Positions 15,169 to 23,748 of a DNA stretch of 24,725 bases are shown one piece after another (position 1 is the first letter of the stretch; the number at the start of each line of letters is the position of its first letter). A program made the translations under genes and the position numbers. Below the pieces are notes generated by a model that was not told the origin of the DNA, made no database searches, and saw nothing but the letters and a program-made list of their open reading frames with translations. This DNA comes from a virus. The stretch lies in the IMG/VR virus record IMGVR_UViG_3300009285_003054, positions 1-24,725 of that record, one strand, 5' to 3'.

Positions 15169-16509
15169 TCAATCCAACAGGGTTCTTTTTCGAGCAGCCT
15201 GTGGGATTCTGGTCTTCCGTCCAGAATCTACGGCACTTTTCTTGGTGTTGGCTGACCCCTTTTCTTTAGAGATCTTGCTGCGTTTGGGTTTCCTGGCTGG
15301 GGCATCTTCTTCGTCGCCATCATCCCTGTCTTCCTCGTCATCTTCCTCGTTATCCCACCCGGATTTCTTCCCTTTGGTCTGGGTGTCTTCTTCAATCAAC
15401 TCCGGACGAGGAAGTCCTTCCTCATCGTAGTATCCACAACGGACCAAAGTCTCTTTGAGCTCTTCCCCGCTTATTATGCTGGATGCGATCATCTCATCCA
15501 GTGGAGCAATCGCCGCCGGACGTAGCGTCTTGTATTTGCGGAGTAGCCCTTTTGCTTTGGTAGCGTCCCGTGTTGGTTTCCCATCACTGTCTACCTCCTT
15601 TGCTGTCTGCCGCATCGATGTGATAGTATCCAAGCCGACAGTGGTACCATCAGAGAGCTTGTACTTTCCGTAGACTATCGCTATCTCCTCCCGGGTCAAG
15701 TCGTTTTGAGTAACGTGGATGACAGACCACATCTGATCGGGGCGTTGTGATTTGTCCATGGTGATGCACACATCCCAGCCACCCTCATTCGCGAAGGGGT
15801 TGGACTTCACGGCTCGCGAGAGCCGTTCCATTGCCTGCCATGCAGTGTAGGGGACACCACCCCGATTAACCACACCAACCATTTCCTCGGTGAGCCTCCC
15901 CCCGCGTTTGGCCTGGCGTTTCCGGTCAATTGCATAGAACATAGTTCTACGCGGTGCCCTTGCTTTGAAATCTTCATAGAGTGGATCGGATACAGGAGCC
16001 AATGCAATAGCTTTGCCTAAGTCCAACGACCGTCGAGCAAAACGAGTCGTAGATACGATGCATCGGGCTCGTTTTTTTGCACTGGTGGTGGCCGTCGGGT
16101 TCTTGAGTACCTTGAGTGCTGCCATTATATCGGAAGGAATAGGTATCCCCGAACGTTGAAGATCCTTTGCAGTGAGGACCTCACCCGACTTGTATCCCGC
16201 TTTGGTGATTGGGTCTATGTAGTCTACCAACACCTCGCGGTATGGATCAAAGCGTGGACACATCACAGGGAAGCCCGGTGGTCTGCGTATGGCTTTGGGC
16301 TCTACCCCCCTTTTTCTTGCAAGTGATCTGTTTCTTTTGATCTCGTCGGCATATGCCGCTGCATCCGGAATGACCCAGTACTGCATAAGATCTTGGATGG
16401 TACCAACTGGTCGAAAATTGTGTTCGGTTGCAGTTATCTCGTGATATACAACCTCTTCATCCCACGGGGGCTTCTTACCCGATGCTTTTTTGTCATCAAA
16501 CGATTTCAT
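15169..16509 (-). CDS. Putative single-stranded DNA-binding protein (gp32-like) or other hypothetical replication protein
   Basis: 446-aa ORF with SD AAGGAG in the replication cluster, a GWDVCIT.DK.....WSV beta motif and a strongly acidic then basic C-terminal tail. The ORF is certain; the function is weak inference. Confidence 0.45.
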   Translation of the reverse strand: MKSFDDKKASGKKPPWDEEVVYHEITATEHNFRPVGTIQDLMQYWVIPDAAAYADEIKRNRSLARKRGVEPKAIRRPPGFPVMCPRFDPYREVLVDYIDPITKAGYKSGEVLTAKDLQRSGIPIPSDIMAALKVLKNPTATTSAKKRARCIVSTTRFARRSLDLGKAIALAPVSDPLYEDFKARAPRRTMFYAIDRKRQAKRGGRLTEEMVGVVNRGGVPYTAWQAMERLSRAVKSNPFANEGGWDVCITMDKSQRPDQMWSVIHVTQNDLTREEIAIVYGKYKLSDGTTVGLDTITSMRQTAKEVDSDGKPTRDATKAKGLLRKYKTLRPAAIAPLDEMIASSIISGEELKETLVRCGYYDEEGLPRPELIEEDTQTKGKKSGWDNEEDDEEDRDDGDEEDAPARKPKRSKISKEKGSANTKKSAVDSGRKTRIPQAARKRTLLD

Positions 16510-16573
16510 TTTTAGCTCCTTACCCTATTGTGTGAGGTTTCTGTTTCTTTAGGCAATAGTGCAGTGGCCACCG

Positions 16574-16966
16574 CTAAGTCAAGAGATCAAAAGAAGTACC
16601 AAAACGCGCGTTGTAATCATTGATCAATGCGTTTACTTTATCCCTGATCTCGGTCTCATACCGAGTATTGATATGGGCTATTAACCCCTGCAGCACATTC
16701 GACCAGATAGTGTGATCAAGTGTATCTAGATCGGGACCATCCTCCGGATTGTTTCGATCTGCAGCCGGTCCGAATGCGCTCCCCACTAGTAGAATCAGGG
16801 ATTCTCCCCCCATCGGGATAGTAATGGTTTCCCACACACCACCACCTTCTGCAGGAATACCCAGCGCAGCTAGGGCGGCGGCAAATTTGGTAGGGTTTCC
16901 TGCATACAGCGCGCGGACAAGTGTGTCAATTTCCGTCCGTATGTCGGAATACACAAGTAGTGCCAT
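16574..16966 (-). CDS. Hypothetical protein (130 aa)
   Basis: SD AAAGGAGGT and a TAATG stop/start overlap with the sigma gene. Confidence 0.85.
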   Translation of the reverse strand: MALLVYSDIRTEIDTLVRALYAGNPTKFAAALAALGIPAEGGGVWETITIPMGGESLILLVGSAFGPAADRNNPEDGPDLDTLDHTIWSNVLQGLIAHINTRYETEIRDKVNALINDYNARFGTSFDLLT

Positions 16967-18300
16967 TAACTACCTCCTTTGTTATGGTGTTCGATGTTTG
17001 TCCGAATTGCCACTTGGCGTAATCGTTCTGCCAAGATTTGATCAGGCGAACTATTATGCTCCTTGGGTGGGTACATGTTGTATAATCCGTAAACACAACA
17101 TACCACCCGGCATTCGTCCGCCGTAAGAGAGTTCAGTAATGATGGGATCATCCCCCCAGTATTCTCGAGCATCATCTCCTCCGGAGAGGGACTTGGGTCG
17201 GGGACCTTGTCACCTACTCTACCCCCATCCCCTTCGGGGCTAGCGGAGATAGGATCCTCCAGACTGGATGGTCGATTTACATTTACTGATTTGTAAATCG
17301 ACTCGACATCATCATAAGTCATCCCCGCTAGTTTCGCAATGGATATTAAATCCCCAGCAATACCGTTCTGGTGTGCCATTTCCTCAAGTTTTTCATGTTG
17401 CTTCCAGATCCCAGAGGGGACCCTAACAAGGTTAGCTTCGTCCTTTATGGTCAGAAGGATGGCTGCCCGGATCCACCAACGGGCAATACCAGAAATAGCC
17501 TTTCCCTTAAATGGATCAAAATATTCAATAGCTCTTAGTAGCCCATACGTCCCGTGTTGGAAGTTGTCTTCTATTTGCATTGGCGCGCGTCCATAGCGCT
17601 CCGCTATTTGCTGTGTAAGTCTCCCATACGCTAGTGAAATAGCGGTTTGCATTTCGACTACCAGACGCATTCTGTAGCGCACCTGTTGAATTATTCCATA
17701 GAGCGTGGCACGATCCCCGCCAACACGCTGTTCGACCTGTGCTAGTTGTCTTTCCAGTCTGGAAAGACGGTGTAGTATTTGCTGGGATGCCTTACGACTG
17801 TGTGAATGTGACATTTTCTCACGAATACACAGCATCTGATCCATCAACTTACAATAATTTCCCACCGCACGCACGAACGACTTGACTAAAATGCTATATA
17901 CTGCGGGAACAAATGGGAGGTGCTGGTATAGTGATGGAAAGATATCCGAGATATTATCACCCGTGGCGGCTGCATATAAAAACTCATGTCCTGCGGTAAG
18001 TGTTAGTACCCTGTATGCGGGATGACGCGCAGTTCCTTTGTGTCCCCTGTTTTCTAGGGACGTATCTGACTCAATGATAGCACTGTTCCGTAGAATACGT
18101 CCGGCCACCCGGGTGAATGTATCTATCATGAAATGGTTGAAGAATCCTGTATGTGATACGGCATATGCAGAGTCTCGGAGATATGTGAATATCTCGAGAT
18201 ATAGCCACAAAACCACTTCGTGTTTTATTTGAATCTGGTTATAGACTCTGCTTTTTGCTGTTACCCTGCTGACTTTCTTCGTGTATTTTTGAGGCATCAT
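16966..18300 (-). CDS. Phage sigma-70-family RNA polymerase sigma factor with a degenerate region 4
   Basis: Region 2 EDNFQHG.YGLLRAIE.FDP.KG...S..A.WWIR.AI and LVRVP, region 3.2 SSLEDPI, and region 4.1 L..LT..E..V....YGL. Confidence 0.9.
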   Translation of the reverse strand: MMPQKYTKKVSRVTAKSRVYNQIQIKHEVVLWLYLEIFTYLRDSAYAVSHTGFFNHFMIDTFTRVAGRILRNSAIIESDTSLENRGHKGTARHPAYRVLTLTAGHEFLYAAATGDNISDIFPSLYQHLPFVPAVYSILVKSFVRAVGNYCKLMDQMLCIREKMSHSHSRKASQQILHRLSRLERQLAQVEQRVGGDRATLYGIIQQVRYRMRLVVEMQTAISLAYGRLTQQIAERYGRAPMQIEDNFQHGTYGLLRAIEYFDPFKGKAISGIARWWIRAAILLTIKDEANLVRVPSGIWKQHEKLEEMAHQNGIAGDLISIAKLAGMTYDDVESIYKSVNVNRPSSLEDPISASPEGDGGRVGDKVPDPSPSPEEMMLENTGGMIPSLLNSLTADECRVVCCVYGLYNMYPPKEHNSSPDQILAERLRQVAIRTNIEHHNKGGS

Positions 18301-18981
18301 ATGGCTCCCACTAAGAAAAAAGTATCTCTAAAAGGTTTGCAAAATACTCACATGCCCGCGGGGGCCACCTTACCCAAGCTCACTATCAAGCAAATCGGAC
18401 GATTGACTGAGCGAGACGTGATTAGGCGGGCTGCTGAGACACACGTACAACCCTTTCTGGTGGAAGTTGATACCGACAACATAGGGGTGTACAAGGTGGT
18501 ACATGCCAACACCCTGCATAATACGGTAACCCATACGACTACCATTCTGTTTTACACCCATCCCGGGAATCTACCTGACGACCCCAAGAAACTCAAGGAA
18601 TTATTGAAGGTTCCGAAGGGATCAGAATTGTGGAATGTTCCGGTGTGGGTAACTTGTAACTGTGAATATTTCAAGTTTCATTGCGAAGTGGCCCTGCACA
18701 AGTTTGGGGTCACTGATATCATCTTCAGTGATGGTTCTTACCCGGACTTCACAAACCCCCGAATGGTACCCTACGGTTGTAAGCACATTTACGCACTAGC
18801 GCCTGTGGCAGTAAGTGGGCAGAAGATAGGGAAATCTCTGCAACCGGTTAAATCGGTACACCCCCCAGCAAAGGGGAGACTCCCGCGTCATCTGGAGGAG
18901 CATCTACAGCGCGGGAACAAGGCGGTTCCTACAGCAGAAGAGGTTTCCGAAGCGGCTATGTACGTTCGGAATTTCCTATGA
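18301..18981 (+). CDS. SWIM-type zinc-finger protein (CxC...CKH)
   Basis: VWVTCNCEYF....E..L and P..TNP.....CKH motifs. ATG at 18301 follows GAGG (18291-18294). The ORF-track start at 18220 would overlap the sigma gene. Confidence 0.8.
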   Translation: MAPTKKKVSLKGLQNTHMPAGATLPKLTIKQIGRLTERDVIRRAAETHVQPFLVEVDTDNIGVYKVVHANTLHNTVTHTTTILFYTHPGNLPDDPKKLKELLKVPKGSELWNVPVWVTCNCEYFKFHCEVALHKFGVTDIIFSDGSYPDFTNPRMVPYGCKHIYALAPVAVSGQKIGKSLQPVKSVHPPAKGRLPRHLEEHLQRGNKAVPTAEEVSEAAMYVRNFL

Positions 18982-19214
18982 GAGGTTGGATCGACATTAC
19001 ACAGAGGTTTTTAGGTAACCCGAACGCCCCACCCTTTGTGATGCAGGTAATCCGCCTAAGTAACTCCCCTCCCGTATACTCCTGCAAATGGGGATCCCGG
19101 TGCACATTACATGTTGCTCCGTCCACCAGTCGTCGCGTCCTACCCTGTTGTAAGTGGATAATGTTATCGAGTATTTCATCTCTCCCACAATGGGTGGGTT
19201 GCAAACTTCTTTAG
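18978..19214 (+). CDS. Small Cys-containing hypothetical protein
   Basis: ATGA overlap with the preceding + strand gene; ends convergently within the end of the methyltransferase gene. Confidence 0.45.
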   Translation: MRGWIDITQRFLGNPNAPPFVMQVIRLSNSPPVYSCKWGSRCTLHVAPSTSRRVLPCCKWIMLSSISSLPQWVGCKLL

Positions 19215-20069
19215 AGCTACACCACGGGCTACATCCACCCAAGGGACCCCTATTTTGTCGCTAAACTTGTCTCCGCCTAAGAAGTTTCTCTCTAGCCCAA
19301 TGGCCGCTATCATTGTGGTTCCCGATCCAAGGAAAGGATCGCACACACTACCACCGGGTGGACAAAAGCATTTGATTGCGTCTATGGCGAGTTGGGTACA
19401 AAATCTTGCGGGGTGCCCAACGGCTTCTAGGTAAGGATCATCGTGATTAAACCCAACCGTGTATGCCCACACGGTACCCCGATTGGCTAATCCCAATGAC
19501 TTACCCGACGCTTTTCTTTTCTTACACATCAGACCGTCTCTGCCACGGTTTGATTTCCAGCCGTAAGTACCGTGGCTAGCTGCTTGTGCTACCGCTAGTT
19601 TGTCTATGTACGGATTCCCACCTAACTTCTCAAACCAAAAGAGGTGCTCAAAGTCGTTGCGAAACCTACCAGAGAATGCACCTACTGCACCCGTGCGTTG
19701 GTAGATCATTCTATCCGGGACTCGCAGGCCAACTCGCTCAGCCCAATCGATTCTAACCTTATCTATCACCAAACTTCTCTCTGTTCCAAACCCTTTTCTG
19801 TATTTCCGAATAGGGGAGTCTATTACCATCAGGCACGTACCTCCGGGTTTGAGTCCACGAAGGATATAATCCCCCAACGTCTGATAATCCCGAAGTCCCC
19901 ATTTTACGTTGGCCCCGTAGTCCCTCGCGTCCATGTATGGTGGCGATGTCATGATTAAATCTACTCCACCGATGGACTCTGCTATTTTAAGTGTCTTTTG
20001 GAAGGATGCTTTGTATAATCCGATAATATATCTATCCCACCAAGCCATTGTTTCACCTTTGACAATCAT
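19176..20069 (-). CDS. Beta-class amino DNA methyltransferase (N6_N4_Mtase family), probably m4C
   Basis: Motif IV TSPPY lies N-terminal to HPARF and motif I DPFLGSGTT. No cognate endonuclease is seen in the window. Confidence 0.92.
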   Translation of the reverse strand: MIVKGETMAWWDRYIIGLYKASFQKTLKIAESIGGVDLIMTSPPYMDARDYGANVKWGLRDYQTLGDYILRGLKPGGTCLMVIDSPIRKYRKGFGTERSLVIDKVRIDWAERVGLRVPDRMIYQRTGAVGAFSGRFRNDFEHLFWFEKLGGNPYIDKLAVAQAASHGTYGWKSNRGRDGLMCKKRKASGKSLGLANRGTVWAYTVGFNHDDPYLEAVGHPARFCTQLAIDAIKCFCPPGGSVCDPFLGSGTTMIAAIGLERNFLGGDKFSDKIGVPWVDVARGVALKKFATHPLWER

Positions 20070-20090
20070 AGCACCAAAACGATAGGTATA

Positions 20091-20882
20091 TCAAATATCT
20101 CTCACTCGTTGATACATACGCCAGTTCCATATCGAAGGTAACCCGGAGATATCAGGTAGATAGAAACCAGCAACAAATCCCGGTTTTACCCATTTCCCAA
20201 GCATAGTTACTCGTCCACATTCTTCTAACCTCCACACTGCACCCTCAATGGGATCCAATTCTCCAGAAATTCCGGGAATGTTCTGAGTTGGATTGAAGTC
20301 CCAACTCAATTCTCGGATTTTACTCTCAATGTACGGGATGGTGGCGGGATCACCTACATGGATACAACGCACGTGCTGAACCAATTCCGAACATCTACTC
20401 CATAAGTCCGGTCGAGGTAGTCTTTGTCCCTGATTGTCGAAGATGTCGAACACAACGTATGGGGATGACTCTCGACAAGGTAGCGGGAGTTTTCCTATTT
20501 CACCAATATCCTTGACATGGTACTTTGTACCATGTGCCATGGCGACCCAATCACCCACGACACGCTCCCCTGAAGTAAGCAGGGTTTTGAATCGAGCGCT
20601 CTCTCGTCTAACCCACGCAGCGAACATTTTATGTTGTGGGTGTGGTGATGCGCTCGCCGAGTTTCCAGACCGGGTATATGCCTGGATACTATCACCATCT
20701 CTGGCTACGACACAGCAAGCGCCGTCCACCTTGACATCCACATACACAGAATTCCCGTGTTGGGTTTTTTGTGTCAATTGGTGTGCGTCATCTCTTGAAA
20801 GACTCTCGTCTCCTTTAGGTGCACTAGAACCGGGGAGGTGTGGTATGCTAGCATACCGATAATTTTTATTTTCAGTGACCAT
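20091..20882 (-). CDS. ATP-dependent RNA ligase-family nucleotidyltransferase
   Basis: Y.SIPHLPGS, motif I KVDG, TRSG, GDW (motif III variant), FDIF, EGAVWR (motif IV) and KWVK (motif V). Start placed at ATG 20882 after AAGGA. Confidence 0.85.
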   Translation of the reverse strand: MVTENKNYRYASIPHLPGSSAPKGDESLSRDDAHQLTQKTQHGNSVYVDVKVDGACCVVARDGDSIQAYTRSGNSASASPHPQHKMFAAWVRRESARFKTLLTSGERVVGDWVAMAHGTKYHVKDIGEIGKLPLPCRESSPYVVFDIFDNQGQRLPRPDLWSRCSELVQHVRCIHVGDPATIPYIESKIRELSWDFNPTQNIPGISGELDPIEGAVWRLEECGRVTMLGKWVKPGFVAGFYLPDISGLPSIWNWRMYQRVRDI

Positions 20883-20890
20883 GTAAATCC

Positions 20891-21475
20891 TTAGTATCTT
20901 GGACTTGGGTATTCCGCTGAGCAATTAGGTGTCTCGTATACGCGGACCCAATCGATCATGAAGAGATTGGCGTATAATTCATCACTGAAGATACGTGGGC
21001 ACACCAAATCATAGATAAAACGCGCCAGATTCTCGGCGCTCGGTGCGTAGGGGAGGATAAATCCGTATTTCCTTTTGGCACCCATACTGGATGCCGGATC
21101 CGGTATGACTAACTGTGCTTCCATTATGAGATCCGTCATGGATCCGGCAGTCGGAATCTCTAGGAGTGGGGGTTTATCTCTTCCCTGACTATACAGTGCT
21201 CGGATGAGTGGATCTCCTTTCTGCAGGATCATTGTGTGATCCCAGTTCTGGTCAATCCAACCACCCAATCGCGTCTTCAGTACACCAAAGTCTATCAATA
21301 CCCCGATGTTATCCAGTGTCTTTCCAGTGACTGCCATTTCAAACGAATATCGGTGGCCGTGCAGTGTGCTACACTTTCCCGGAGTACCGTCTAGGTTCAC
21401 CTGGTCGAGTAAGCGATGACCAGTGTCGGTCTCAGCCACCTTTCGGACAATCTGGAATCTTTTTTTGATATTCAT
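20891..21475 (-). CDS. queD: 6-carboxy-5,6,7,8-tetrahydropterin synthase (PTPS family)
   Basis: GHRL, KCSTLHGHRY (Cx3HGH), IDFG.LK, WDH, PSAENLA and ETP motifs. Confidence 0.93.
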   Translation of the reverse strand: MNIKKRFQIVRKVAETDTGHRLLDQVNLDGTPGKCSTLHGHRYSFEMAVTGKTLDNIGVLIDFGVLKTRLGGWIDQNWDHTMILQKGDPLIRALYSQGRDKPPLLEIPTAGSMTDLIMEAQLVIPDPASSMGAKRKYGFILPYAPSAENLARFIYDLVCPRIFSDELYANLFMIDWVRVYETPNCSAEYPSPRY

Positions 21476-21483
21476 TGTACACT

Positions 21484-21756
21484 CTACCCTCTAAATCCGA
21501 TAGTTAGTTTATGTGTTGTCGAATCCACGGATATTTCTTGAGATTCGACCCATACACAGCTCCTAGTACTATCCCTTGACCACCAGACCACCTCATACTG
21601 TATGAATCGCCCCAATCCCCTTACTGTAACGGCTGTTATCTCCACGAGTATATCATTCCGAAGGATGCTCTTTGATCCATCGGTACATCCCTCGTGGAAC
21701 AGTGCACACCCCCACCCTGCTGCGTGCGGCTTTGTGTAAAGTCCGGGAGGACGCAC
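21484..21756 (-). CDS. Small hypothetical phage protein; start uncertain
   Basis: ITAV.VRG....QYEV.WW....R...WV...E...IGF beta-rich pattern; fills the gap between two minus-strand genes. Confidence 0.55.
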   Translation of the reverse strand: MRPPGLYTKPHAAGWGCALFHEGCTDGSKSILRNDILVEITAVTVRGLGRFIQYEVVWWSRDSTRSCVWVESQEISVDSTTHKLTIGFRG

Positions 21757-22624
21757 TGTTTATAACCAGTGCTTCCACCCCATCTTTACTCTTTTTCCTC
21801 TTGAGCTTCGGGCGTACAATCTCATGTTCTTCCTCTGGTTCTTCTTCAGAGTCCCCTGCGTATCGTGCCTCCAATAGTCGATTCATTTTGGCCACTATTG
21901 GCCCCATCTTTGGGTAGCGTTCTGCTTCGTCTGTGAACATTTCGATATCGTGATCCCGTACACACCACACGCCTCTCTCGTTGCGATCACAGTGCATCAG
22001 TTCGTGATCACATAGCCATGTCTTCACTACAGGCTTAACAATCTCCCACACCCCTGCACAGAAAGTAATCTTGAAGTCGTATCCGGTCAAACGTCGGAAT
22101 TCCCCACCCAGTCTCTGGCAGAATCCCCACACCTCCCCCTGTACTCCGAAGGCGGCACCCATCTTGTCGGGCTCGTAGTCCTCCAGTACGAAGAGGATCC
22201 CAGCGTTGGCCAGGTGGTGGTGATACTGTACGATCAGGTCATCTGCCACCTTTCGGACATCCTGCCCTGCCTGCTCGACATTGCCCCCGAAGATTGACGC
22301 CCATGACTTCTGCAGGGTGGGCACCTGCGAGGGGAGCATGATAGGTTTGGCGTCTTCCCCACGTAGATTTCGGAGGTTGACGCGCAAGGTATACTCTCGG
22401 GAGGCAAATACGTCTTTCATTCGACGTAGGGCATCCATATTCCGAGGGTGATCTGGGTAGTAGTAAAACCCATCATTCCCGAAGAATGGATCGTCTTCCC
22501 CGTGGGCTTGGTAGAAGAGCATCCCCAAGTCGGTAGCATCTCCACTATCCAGATTTCCTTTGACATGCCGAAGAATGGGTTTATCTTTCGGTCCAAACGC
22601 GGTCCCCAGTAGAACTTTTTGCAT
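21653..22624 (-). CDS. Putative phage metallopeptidase-domain protein (HExxH)
   Basis: H.HL..A.I.F, YDF.I, DHELMHC and HDIE.F....RY motifs, with an uncharacterised N-terminal extension. Confidence 0.82.
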   Translation of the reverse strand: MQKVLLGTAFGPKDKPILRHVKGNLDSGDATDLGMLFYQAHGEDDPFFGNDGFYYYPDHPRNMDALRRMKDVFASREYTLRVNLRNLRGEDAKPIMLPSQVPTLQKSWASIFGGNVEQAGQDVRKVADDLIVQYHHHLANAGILFVLEDYEPDKMGAAFGVQGEVWGFCQRLGGEFRRLTGYDFKITFCAGVWEIVKPVVKTWLCDHELMHCDRNERGVWCVRDHDIEMFTDEAERYPKMGPIVAKMNRLLEARYAGDSEEEPEEEHEIVRPKLKRKKSKDGVEALVINSASSRTLHKAARSRVGVCTVPRGMYRWIKEHPSE

Positions 22625-22632
22625 AGTATCTC

Positions 22633-23697
22633 CTAGAACATGGATTCGATGTTTTCTACTCTGTCGAAAGCGATGTCTGCAAACCCACCATAAGCTTGAA
22701 TATCTTTGATGAGTTTAATGACATGGCGGATGCATTCACAATATTGTTCGGTGACATAATGTAAACATCGGCATCCGCAGATATGCCTATCTGTACAGGT
22801 CAGACACACGCGAGACTCTGGGGTATCGCCGATTTGGATTTCCCGGTGATGGTGGAGTTGGGCTATTGGTCCGAGGCAAAACCTCGGATTAAGTATTTGC
22901 TCCGGGCAGGCATATACAATTCCATCATTGAACGCAGTCATGTGGTGCGTACCCGCACCACACCCTGCTACTAGATTTTCGAATGGATCATACAGTTGTG
23001 GGTACAGTAGTCTGTGTGCTACATTGTCAAACGGAACTAATATTACTCTTTCTTCTCCTGTTAGTAGTCGATGTACCCACCAGTCAACCAGCTCCGTAAG
23101 ATCGTGAAGTCTCTCCTGTAGATCCATCGCGTCTCCATCTGGACGATTTTGGAACTGCCAGTAGATCTTCGAGAAGTTCTTTGCTACCCCCAATACAGAC
23201 CGATATAGCCCTGCGGATGGGGTAATAGTCATTCTGGCAATCATTTCTACAGTTTTGTCATCTGTCATTGTTTGGAATTTTTGAACCTCTTTGGTTACTC
23301 TGTCAAAGGTACCTTCTCCTCTAGACATATCGTTATCATTTTTAGGACCGTCTATAGATATTTGAATTTGATCGAGATGGTTCCTGATGTATGGTGTCAT
23401 TTTCGATAGTAGTGTACCGTTGGTATGCAAGCCATAACGGACTCGAAATTTTCGAGTCCCACGGATCACAGCTTCGATCCACTCTTGATTAAGGAGTGGC
23501 TCCCCTCCAGTGAACGTTACGAAATCCCTTGGAAGACACATGTTCTGCACTGCAAAAATAGCAGTGGTCACCGGAAGAATTGGGTATTGGTGCATCCGAG
23601 TATCCACGCCGGATGATGACGTGGATCCTCTGCCCTGATAGCAGTACGAGCACCTGAGATTGCACTTTGAGGTTACACAGAATTCGACACTGGCCAT
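22633..23697 (-). CDS. Radical SAM/SPASM-domain enzyme
   Basis: CNLRCSYC, GGEPLL, TNGTLL and ISIDG motifs, with C-terminal CGAG...YACP...CLTC.....CGCRC...C auxiliary-cluster cysteines. Confidence 0.93.
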   Translation of the reverse strand: MASVEFCVTSKCNLRCSYCYQGRGSTSSSGVDTRMHQYPILPVTTAIFAVQNMCLPRDFVTFTGGEPLLNQEWIEAVIRGTRKFRVRYGLHTNGTLLSKMTPYIRNHLDQIQISIDGPKNDNDMSRGEGTFDRVTKEVQKFQTMTDDKTVEMIARMTITPSAGLYRSVLGVAKNFSKIYWQFQNRPDGDAMDLQERLHDLTELVDWWVHRLLTGEERVILVPFDNVAHRLLYPQLYDPFENLVAGCGAGTHHMTAFNDGIVYACPEQILNPRFCLGPIAQLHHHREIQIGDTPESRVCLTCTDRHICGCRCLHYVTEQYCECIRHVIKLIKDIQAYGGFADIAFDRVENIESMF

Positions 23698-23748
23698 TAA
23701 TTACACCTTGTGGAAGTGTTATTTGTCCGACGGTTCTATCGAAACTCT

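Noticed and set aside
4371-17596. Many + strand ORFs opposite the replication genes
   Set aside because: They are antisense shadows of well-supported minus-strand genes.
19176-20069. Complete restriction-modification system
   Set aside because: No adjacent endonuclease-like ORF is present; the methyltransferase looks like an orphan.
1485-22635. Genome-wide TAG reassignment (genetic code 15)
   Set aside because: Long conserved genes contain no internal TAG, and TAG ends genes just before the next start (11667, 21484, 22633).
22633-23697. QueE assignment for the radical SAM gene near queD
   Set aside because: Its length and SPASM cysteine cluster do not match QueE.
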